64,000 nucleotides of DNA from Tubulanus polymorphus (taxonomy: Eukaryota > Animalia > Nemertea), in NCBI RefSeq assembly GCF_964204645.1, contig NC_134027.1, forward strand, positions 26,436,560-26,500,559, given 5' to 3'. The notes beneath the pieces were generated by a model that saw only the letters and a list, made by a program, of their open reading frames with translations, was not told where the DNA came from and did no database searches. Numbering within the stretch: the stretch's first letter is position 1; every line of letters begins with the position of its first letter. The translations under genes were made by a program, and so were the position numbers. Of the stretch, positions 27,183 through 39,100 are shown piece after piece.

Positions 27183-30100
27183 TCATTCAGGAACAGTCGT
27201 AGCGGTCAACGTCGCCAATGTCGGATACAAAGCCAACATTATCGCTAATATTAACATGATTATTGGTATCATTGCACACGCCGACAGCTGAAAATAGATA
27301 AATATATATAAGTCAAGAAATACACAATATCCGTCTGTGTAAGATGAAGATGACAAGAATCCCACAGTAAATCAGTGTTTGAGTAAAAGGTTTATATATT
27401 TGGTGCAACGTAATAGCCACCTACAGTACGCCTGATGATGGCTAATAGTCTTATGCCAAAACGTTGCTCAAATGTATAAACCTTTTATTCAAAGATTTTA
27501 CATCTTTACCAGGGATTTCTTTCGTGCCTAAATTAACATAAATGACCCAAAATATGGAAATTAGTTCATTTTTTATCAATTTTTCACTAATTATATCATT
27601 GATTAAATGAAAACTTTGTGTTTGAATAGGGTGTCTATTTTCTGGATAGATTTCAGGTTAATATCGCTGTATGTGATTGCACAGTATAGATTCAAGGTGT
27701 TCAGTCATCATGCTCCTGAATCCAACTTGACAATTTTGTATATTGACTAAGTCTTATTTTCTATTATTCACTGGCTGAAAGAATGTGACTTGATTATGCC
27801 CTTGATTATGTATAAGATTAAGCCCCTATATAAACATCAAAATGAACGAAATGAAATATGAATGAATGAATGAATGAATGAATGAATGAATGAATTGATA
27901 CTTACAGTTTTACTGCGATCAGCTAAAACACTATATTCATCTGACATATATTCCATTTCATTCTTCAGTTCTGATATTTGACTCGTACAATCCGCTACTT
28001 TCTCTTTCAAATTCACGATTTCCTTGTGGGAATTCTCGAGCTAAAATTTACCAGACGAAAAAAAGAGTTAATCGATAAATCAGATCGATCGGGATTTGGT
28101 TTCACGGTCGCCAGTTTATTTGACTCTCAATTAGTGAACTAATTGAAAATGAACTCGTTTCAGTGAGTGTTTAATTCAGCCGACAATGTTCAAACTGGAT
28201 CCGGGTTTCGAATGGATTTATATCTACCTCGTCTTTCGTGTGGTCAGCTTCTTTCTGAGCATCGGTTAAATTAAGTTTCCACGTTAACTCTTTATCTTCG
28301 AGTCTCTCTTTTAATTGTTCTAGATCGTTGTAAGACTCTTGCAATCGTCCGTAGTCAGCAGTTAATACAGTATTCTCTTTCTTCGTTCTGCAAGACAAAA
28401 GTTCGATAACTTGTGACGACTTGTCGGGAAATAAATCATCAATGTCCTTCGTTTATTTCAATAGGCCGTCTCATGAAAGTACGCACAACCAGGAGGGCAA
28501 CTTTTATCTGACTTGCTTTTCCCCTGACCATTCCTCGACATGCACTTTATTTTCCCTGACTCAATCTTTTAAGAATCCAATCAATAAACACAGTCAAATA
28601 CGTAAGACAAAGAAGGAAACGGTTTGGTCATACGCGTGATCTAGCGATCTCAGCAAATTTCCATGACTTTTCATAGCTTTTTATGTGGGTGAGGTATATC
28701 AGGGGTTGACTGTAATGCGAGCCGAATTGCCTGATGGATCGGTAAGTACTTCATGAAAAACGTTTAGGTTTAACTCAACAAACACAACTCAAATTTCGAA
28801 ACATACAAATCTACACAACGGTGGCCACTTTCCGCCAATTTTCAAATTCCCTGAGTTTTCCATGTTATAACAGAAAATTCCCAGAGTAAATCAGAGAAAT
28901 TGCTTTACCGTAAATTAGTTTAAAATGTTACAATTCATTCATTTTTTATCCAATCACGTATTGATAAAGAAACGCATGGTCAATAACATTAACCAAATTC
29001 TCTGAGTTTTCTAGATTTTTCTGATTCCCTGAGTGTCCAGGGGCCGGTTCCACAGTCATGGCTTAGACTTAAGACCAGTCTAAGACCAAAATAGTTCTTT
29101 AGCAAATCTAACAACTTAAGACCAGTCTTAAGATTAAGACCACTTTTGGACTTAAGTCACGACTATGCAACTGGCCCCAGGTCAGTAGCCACCCTGAGAA
29201 ATTTCTAATTCTGACACAAACTCTAATCAACACATCCAGTTACACACAGTGTGTAGAGCGTGTCAAGAAACGGATATCACGAACGATTGAACGAAACTGT
29301 ACGAGGATGTATCGATTAGAAACATAAGACTACACTAGCGACATGCATGACAACTACTCACAACCTCATATCAGCCTCGATATTCAGAATCCTCTCTCGT
29401 AGATTCATACATTCTTCTTTCAACGCCGCAAATTCTACAATATATAAACAATCAATGAAACGGTCGTTAGTTTCACGAGCTGGGAATCGGAATGCTGTTT
29501 TCTGAGCTGATATCTGACCTTTAAAAACTGATATCTGACCTTTATTGAGTGGTGGTTCCTCGGTTGGAGTCACATCTCCGTTACTCTGCCTTTCAGTTTC
29601 TAGCTCGTCCTGGATTTCTTTCATTTTCACTGTAACGATCAACGACATAATTCAGTAAAACACGCGACGCTGACGCACTACATAACTATACAGTGTGCGC
29701 TGGTACTCACTTCTACACTGTTCCGCTTCATTCTTACTGTGTTTAGCGAGCTGTTGAGCTTCTAACAGTTGATCTGAAAATAATCGAACGACGAAGATAA
29801 ACTCTAAATTCTAGAAACATGTATTAAATACAGAATTACGAATTTCAATGATGTTCAAAGCATTAATAAATTCAAGCAACTTCACAATAAGGACAGAAAG
29901 GTTAGTGAATATACAAATAAAGATGATGTACAATAGACTCCGCTTGTCTCGGATTTTATGGAACTAATTATTTCTTCTTTGATCAGTCAATACATAAATC
30001 GCAATAGAAGATTTTGAAACATTGTGACGTCTTGGGGGCATGAAAATACAAAGGCATCATCCTTATTAATACTTCTTTCATCAGTCAATACATAAATCGC

Positions 30101-33100
30101 AATAGAAGATTTTGAAACAAGGTGACGTCTTGGGGGCATGAAAATTCAAAGGCCTACTTCAGCAGGGATTGAAAACCTGATGACATCGCAAGACTCAGCA
30201 ATGGCACTAAACCCTGCACAAGTACCTACACACTTGGGCAACCGGGTTTCATGCCATGGCAGAGTCAAGCAATGTCTTCAGGTTCAAATTTAGTAGGGTC
30301 TGACAATATCATTAAGAGACAAGATAATCGGAAAGCGAGCGGAGTCTACTGTTTTATAGTGTGTTCACGTACGCTGTAAAGATTCTCTCTCTCTCATTTC
30401 CGTGTTACGCGATTCTTTCTCCGCTGCCAATTGTCCTGTACAAAACGTAACAACGAGAATATTGTCGGCGTTTCGTGCGTTGAGGGTGAAACATGAAACA
30501 TGCGGCAGTAGTTAATGAATGCATAATGCAAACATTGTGTATAAGTGGAAGAGCAAAATAAACTGCACACATAACATCTAAGTTGGCTAGAATGTTTTAT
30601 ATGATGATATTTCATATTCCAAAAATAGCTCGTAATATTGTAATGAAATGACGAACAACTAATGAAAATGTCAGAGTTATGAGAAAAATCTTCACCTCTT
30701 AAAACCAACATTTGCTGTTTAACCTCTTTTACCGATGAGTCCGCTTTTGATAGTTGCTCTGAAATGAAGATCAAATTTAACTGACGAATTTATGTAAATT
30801 CGAAACAGGGCCTTGTGGTACGATTACGAATATGAACTGTTGAGGACTGTGGGACCGAGTCCTGACGAAAGCAACTACTGATGAGTGGGGTGAGTGTTTA
30901 TAATTGAAATGTTGATATTATGAAGGGAACTGAATGAATATCAAATCAATGAAAGAAGCGGCTCATGGCTTGTGCGACGGTACAGCGCAAAATAAAAACA
31001 TCAAAATAACCATTGATGAAAAACACTCGCGATTCTGATGTTGTAACAGTAATTCAAATCCTACAATAGAATTGTAAGGTGGAATTGGGAATGTTTCTTT
31101 GGGCAGGTAGTTTATTCAACATTTGAATTATATCCTAATTAGTTATTGATACTGAACAATGTTTTCGGAAGATAACTATTAGAATATAGTCGAAACATAA
31201 AATAAACTACACTAGCTCTGCTGAAGGAAACTTTTCAGACTCAATTTTTCAATCTTTGAGTCAGACTCTTATATCAAAAATATCAAGTTCCTCAACGTCA
31301 ACTACGGATCCACTGTTACCTTGTAATTCGTCTAGTTTGGACGTTTTTTCACAATCGGTCGCTTGTAATTCTTCTACTAACAACGTTTTCTCGTTAACCA
31401 ATTCCTCGAGATCGGCCAGTTGAGACTGAAAACTGGCGATCTCACTAGACGCAGCCTTGATCTGAGTGTTGACCAAATCAACTTCATCTAAACAATAACA
31501 AATAAATACATGCACGAAACAACCTAATAAATAATGAAGAGTTTGATGAAAAAAAAAGTGCTCCAACGGAAGATCAAACATGGAAAAAGCGTTTTATAGC
31601 GATTTTACTTAAAATAGATGAGATATCTGTGCTGGAATTGAATACAATGATTATGCCTCGATGAAACAGACTAACTTATCCATGAGAAACATTTTGAAGC
31701 GAAATCCCACAATCGAAGACTAAAAATTCAAAAGTTTATGGAGAGCACAAACGTTTCAACAGTTTCATTGCACCTGAGAAGATGGCTGTTACAATAGTTA
31801 AGTTTTTAATTGTGGGATTTCGTTTAAAAATCAATGATGTATTTATGAACTAATCGAAAGATGAATTTGAGAGGTATCAAAGACGTGGCCAGACGGGCAG
31901 CACATGTATAAAACATTGAATCATGCACGTGTGCACTACATGTGCTATTATTTATCAAACTATTAAAACATTTAAAAGCTGATTGATTGAATGATTTAAT
32001 GATTGATTGAAGAGATTGATTGACTGAATAGATCGATTGAACTAATCGATTGATTGGATGGATTGATTGAAGAACATGAGCAATAATAATGCAAAGCGAG
32101 AGATAACTTCGTACCATCCGGTTGCATTTCTATAGGAAATAAGACAAACAACAACATTGACAAATATTGTCTACAGTCCAGTATACATAACAAGTTTAAT
32201 GAAATCATGAAGAGAAGGAGAGAGGGAAAGGTAGGAAGATCTAGGAGACTTACTTTTACACAATGAAAGCTCGCATTCATTCTCTTTATAAGCATCTCTA
32301 GATTCACATAGTAAATCTACAATTTAGGAAATACAATATTATCATAAATGGTAGAACTATAAAGAACGGCTTTAAGTTGAAATTCTGTGCACTCTCAGTC
32401 GTACCTTTCAGTTTTTCAATTTCCTGATAATGTAATGATTTCGGAATGGTGTCTGAATGTAAGTGGTTTTCTATTTCAGTAGCCGTTAACGTGTTACTGT
32501 TGCTGTCGTCGCTCAACTGACGTTGCGATTCCTCCTTGTGATATTGTTGAACTTGTTCCTCAATTTCTGCTATATGATCTACGCACGAATAACATTCATT
32601 ATTTCATCGCAATCGGTGATCATGAATTCAAACATGGAGATACTTCGCTGATAATGATCTGCCAACATTGATTCTGGATCTGCTAACATTGATTCTATGA
32701 GATAGTGCATTGAATCAATGTTAGCAGAGCCAGAATCAATGGTGGAAGTTCAATTTCATACTACATCAATGTAGAATCATCGAATACAGATAAGAACACT
32801 TTACCTCCTAACTTCTTCGAGAGATCATTCGTTTTGTCGGTTTGTTTTTTCGATTCGCTCAGTTGCACTATACATAAAAATAACACGGTAACGAACCATA
32901 GACATTAATAGAGAAACAACATGAGACAAATGGCAACGAACCATCGACATTAACAGAGAGAAAAAATACCAGTTATAACTTAAAATAACTGAATGTAACA
33001 GTGAATCAACCGTTATATTATTAGTGCTGTGTATTTTCTAAAAGGGATCCAGATAAAACTTATTAAATGAAAATCTACGGGTTTCATCTCGTTAGAGACT

Positions 33101-36100
33101 ATTGACTCGATGAGGATTTTAGGGAGTGAAATGAATTGAGGAGTTATCATCTAATAAATAGTTGTGCTGTTGGAAATAAAACTATTTCATGACGATGAGA
33201 GAATGAATGAATCGACAAGCCGTCGCTAGAGCACGGTATGTCGCTAGTTGAGAGCTAGTGATCTGAATTAAAGCGAAGCACGAGATAGTGAACCAAGCCT
33301 AAATACACGGTATAGTAGTATAATATCGATAGCAGTGCTTTAGGGGGAAATATATCCGATACAATCATAACCACACAAGGCTCATCTTATTCAATTTTAG
33401 AGAGTAACTTCTCAGAATACGAGATCCTACAATATTGTCAGTATCCCACATCAAAGTTTTGTATCCTAATTTACCTTTGATTTTTAGTTTCTGAGCAAGA
33501 AAACATTATGAAAGAAGTAAATCAAACATTGTTTAAATGAGAAATTTCTTATATCCTGTCAGGATAGTTTCATTTCAATTTTTGGTCTCCCAACAAAAAA
33601 TCTAGCACTCTCAGGATACAAGGTTCCTGCCACAAAATCAAGCCGTGCAGCAATGACCATTATCCGGTTCAAAACTATTTCAATTCTCATCAATTTTCTT
33701 TGTAGGAAACAAATTATTATGATTGTATAGTTGATTTATAAAGCTATGACTTACTGCGCAGGTCGGCGACTGCGTTCTCCATCATGTGATTCATATGTAA
33801 ATCAGACAGCTTTAATTTTTCTGGGATAACAATGAAAACGCATGACATTAATAATAATATTCAAATGTCGGACGATTAAAGCCCGTTCTTTAAAAATAAC
33901 AATTGAATAATCATTTTACAATAGATTCCGCTCAACTTGGAGAATGCCTTTTAACTCAGAGATATCTGTTTAACTCAGAGATATCTGTTTAACTCAGATA
34001 TCTGCTTAACTCAAAAGATAACTGTTTAACTCAGAGATATCTGTTTAATTCAAGAAATATCTGTTTAACTCAGAGATATCTGTTTAACTCAAAAGATAAC
34101 TGCTTAACTCAGAGATAACCGTTTTAACTCAGAGATAATGGTTTAAGTCCCGAGATATCTGTTTAACTCAAAAGATAACTGTTTAACTCAGAGATAACCG
34201 TTTTAACTCAGAGATAACCGTTTAAGTCCCGAGATATCTGTTTAACTCAAAAGATAACTGTTAAACTCAGAAATAACCGTTTTAACTCAGAGATAACCGT
34301 TTAAGTCCCGAGATATCTGTTTAACTCAAAAGATAACTGTTTAACTCAGAGATAACCGTTAAACTCTGAGATATTTGTTCAACCATTGAGATAACTGTTT
34401 AACTCAAAAGATTTCCATTTAACTCGGAAGTTTGTTGAAATATTGACTCTTTATGAACCATTTATCGTCCAAATCGGATATCACTCTAAAGTTGGATAAA
34501 TTTTCATGGTCCAAGAAGAACCTCGACTCGAGAAGAATCTACTGCATTCACTGATCGAATTTAGATTTTGATAAACAATAATTATTCAATTGTTTCTTGG
34601 AAATAGATCATGCAAGCATGCTATAGTGAAGAGAAGTAGAGGGATGGGTTTATGTGCTGCTGCTGCTGCTGCAGAGGCTACAATAACTGAAAACTGCCAA
34701 GCTCACAAAACTTTAAAAATATTTTCTCTAGCGCAACAAAGCAACGTCGCGCATTGATGATTTTGACAATGTTTTGAAATGTTATCATTAAATAGCACGG
34801 GATTCTAAACCATGAATCAGCCTCTACCACATCGGTAGGAAACTTATATTTCCGACTATTCTAAATCCAAAATTTGCGAATACCGAACAAAAACGAAAAC
34901 TAGTGTGAGGTGGAATAGGGAGGAGGGAATGATTTGAAAATATTACTGAATTCATAATCGGGAAAAAGCAAGATAAAATCTATGTTGAATGACATATGAC
35001 GGGATGACTTTCAATTGATGATATTTTTACTGATTATTCAGTGCTAAACCAATGTAGCCCGTGAAAACTTTGGTGTATCTAAAACGTGAAGTGAACTGTA
35101 GCCGTGTTCGTTTGAACAGTGATCATACCTTCTAACGAAGCTATCTTTGATATATGCACCGACGCCTCTTGCTGCGCCCGCTCCAATTCATCTGTAAAAT
35201 GTAAAGAACGATTTCTCAGAACTCGAATGAAACATTTTTCATTGCCAACCACAATCAAAGTCCAAACGATGAGAGTGCAACCGGCCTTGGACCCAGATCA
35301 ACAGTTGCCAGTTTTACTTGACTCCAAAGTTGAAATTAGTTCATATTCAATAGTTATAGCCATATAGTCAAATTCGAAAGGTGAGCAATGGAACTTGGTC
35401 AACATTAAAGAATGTCTTACTCTGAAAATGGTCCACTTTTTCGCGACTGTCTCGCAGTCTGTTTTCTGAAGATACGATTTGCGCTGAAAAATAAAGCCAG
35501 AGATGATTGAGTCATAATTCACACGAAACACCCAACAGTCCCAGTTCCACAGTTGAACCAATTTCGACCAATTAGTGCCAAACTTAACCACAATTGTAGA
35601 ACTGGATTTTGAATAAACAGATACCGGTAAAAGTTACCTCTATATGACTCAATATCCTCTTGTAACTGTTTTAATTTATCTGTCAAAAAAAATTGATCAA
35701 ACATTTCCTAAACCGTTCCTTGTTTTCAATGACAGGGACGCAGCCAGTGAGTAGCACTGTAGGTCCTACACTTTTTTTTGGCAAGTTATCATTTCTAAAA
35801 AACCTTAATTTCAAATCCATAAACTTCCTAGATAAGTTTGAGTCATGAATATTTACTTATATTGTGATATTAAAATAACATAGTGAGACATTGCATGATT
35901 TTGATACTCATGTGGCTAAACCTGGCTACACACGTCCCTGAACGACCCTTTTTTTATGATATATACACATACATTTTAACGCTTTAGTTTCTAGATCATC
36001 GTTACTGAGTTCACATTCGAGGTTTTCTATTAACATATCTACTTGTACACCCTGCGATTCAGTTTCGCTGATTATTCTGTTATCCGTATCTTTCACCGAT

Positions 36101-39100
36101 TCTAATCGATCTGTAAAAAATTCACGTAATTTTATTTCGCATTTCAAACGTACGTAATACGATAAAGAAATTTACAAGTTTTCGTATGAATTCCTTCATA
36201 GTTCAGCACAATTTTGCGTACATACTCGATGAACAGCCCCTAACGAGCTTCAGTAATTAACATACCTTTCAGAGCTGTTAATTGTTCCCGCGTGAAATCA
36301 TTATCAGCTTGTAGAGATTCAACTTTAGCGATTAAGATTCCCTCCTGTTTGACCATCTCATTCAGTTTCTCCTGTAACTCATCTTTTTCTCGCTCAACTC
36401 TCTGCAACTCATCTTTGTGGTTGTTTTCAGCTTCCTACAAATCAATTATGGCAGATACAGTCACTGTTCAGGGGCAGATCTAGACGGTAGTGCAGTTAGC
36501 ACGGGATAGAAACTAGGACCCATTTTTAATTGATCACAAAATCTTTGTCCATGGCTGTTTTTCACCATTCACAGCATCTTAAGTATATGTTACACCCCAG
36601 AAAGCTGCTATAAGACAGTGTGTCAGTTCAGAGGAACGGAGAATAAATTGGATATTGTGGTTTTGGTGCCACTTTTGCAGGAAAAAAATGCCCTTCTTTC
36701 ATTCAGTATTCATAGTAGGACAACATCCCTGTTATCTTTAACCCATTCTTCTTAAAAACATACGTTCAATTTCTGCTGAAGTTCTTCCACCTCTTGTACG
36801 GATTCTTCATGTTTTTCAGCCAACTGTTTAAGCTCCGTTTGCGACAACTCGCACATCTCTTTGAGATGAGTACATTCATCTTCGGTATTGCTTAATGATT
36901 GCTGTAAAAATTACGGACACAACTTTGAAACTCAAAAGGTAACATTTCAGCCTCTTTTTTTCACAGCATTGGATCTTATCGCTATCAGAGCCACCTCTGT
37001 TTCGAAAGAACTGATAAAAAATTCAATATATATTTACTTCAAGATCGGATAGTTTCCGTACGGCTTCTAACTTCTCTTGTAATACTTTCCGTAACGACTC
37101 CTGAAAAACAGACGCATCAAATCATGTTCAAAAAATCATTCACCGTAAACATCATTCGTTCTTCGATGGAAAATGTTTGAATTCCATAATTCAGTCTAAA
37201 TTGACTTGAGAAAATATATCGCGCGACGCTTTGATGAGATTTACACAAGCTGTGAACACGCGTGATTCAACATTGATTTCGTTGAAGTGTCTGGGAATTA
37301 TTATCAAAAAGCAGCGATCGCTTTGAGAAACGTTGTTTCCGTCGACGGCTTTAACACACTGCATTGTATGAAATCAGTCATCGCGAAGTTAAATAGAGTG
37401 AAAACTAATGAGCAGCTTTTGAAAGAGCAGCGAATTCAAAATATTGCTTCAGGTAGATATTCAATCAGTCAGATATCATTCAGACCAGGCTACACCTGAC
37501 ATCTCTAATTGTAGCTGTTTTCACAAAATATGATATCAATTCGATGTCAGGAATAGTAGTTTAGTTGAAAATGAACTAGAAATTATTCTCTATTTTGAGA
37601 GTATTGAAGGCTATGATTATTTTATAGCGCTGCATAAAAAAATAGATTCATATGATTACGATTATTTTAGGGAGTAGTTGAGCTCTTAAAACAGTAGAAA
37701 CTGCTCTCAAATAGTAGTCTACTATATCGAATTAAAATAATTGGTGACTTATAGAGTAAGTCGGTTGAGGGGCTGGGTAGTGTTTAAAAGTGTTATATCT
37801 GTTTGTATTAGAAGATAATCATGAACTACATCTCGCAATAACAAAATAAATATACCCATACGCAGATTGTCAAAGCGAATACAGGACAGTGATTTAAAAA
37901 CATCTGAACATTAGATCCATCTCAGTTCACTAGGGATAGAAACTTTGATGTACTGGTAAAACAGTAGAATGAATGGATAACGCATTGAAGGCGTTCGCGA
38001 GCTTCAGATTTCACGGCGCCAAGCTTCACGGAAACTCGTACAGCTCTACAAAATGTCAACTTATTTTTAGATTTTTATGAGTCGCCAAATGATTTTCTGT
38101 CAACAGCAATCGAGTTACAACACAGAACAACCTGAACTAACCGATCAGAAAAAAAAACCGATCACGAAAAACTACTGTAAACAATAAGAGATTTTACCAG
38201 TGACCACGTCGTATAATCCTCACTTTTCATAATTCAAAAATCATCGACAAACCCCTCGAAATTCTCATCGTAATTACGACAACGAATATCGGTAAAGCAT
38301 CGTGCATCGACTGAATACAGTATTCTGTAACTAACTCAACTGAATACTCAGTACAGCAATACGTGTATCATACAATAACCCTTTATACCCCAGAGATCTT
38401 ACCTACCTACGTATCTTATATAGGACTATTTTTAAATGTGAGGAATGAAGAAGCTACAACCTGCATTTCACTAAACGTACAGCCTGTAGCTTACTTACTA
38501 TTCGAAATCCAGGTTGATTTGAAACCAAGTCTCTAAGACCATCATAGGTCCATCAAACCACTTAGGCCCTGTCTTTAAGACTTGATTGAAAACATTGTTG
38601 GGCATCTTACGTCGCAACTGTGCCCACGGGCCACTTGCACAGTCAGTCACGACAAACCCAAAACTGAACTGAAATCCTATTATCGGTATCTGAAGTTGTT
38701 TGATTGGCTATAGAACAAAGATAGCCTTAGACTGGTCTAAATTTGTTAGATCGGCTATGGAACCAAAATGAGCTTAGACTGCTCTAAAGTGGTTAGATTG
38801 GCTATAGAACCAAAATGAGATTAGACTGGTCTTTGTAACTAGTTCGATAACCTATAGAACAAAGATAGCAATAGACTGCTCATAAGAGGTGACTGTGGGA
38901 TCAGGGGCCGGTTGCACAGTCATGGCTTATACTTAAGACTAGTCTAAGACCAACTTAGTTCTATAGCCAGTCGAACAACTTAAGACCAGTCTTAAGATTT
39001 AAGACCAATTTTGGACTTAAGTCTCAACTGTGCAACTGGCCCCTGATGCAGTCAAGTCTTAGATCAGTATAAGTCTCTATCTCCGATATGTGTATAACTG

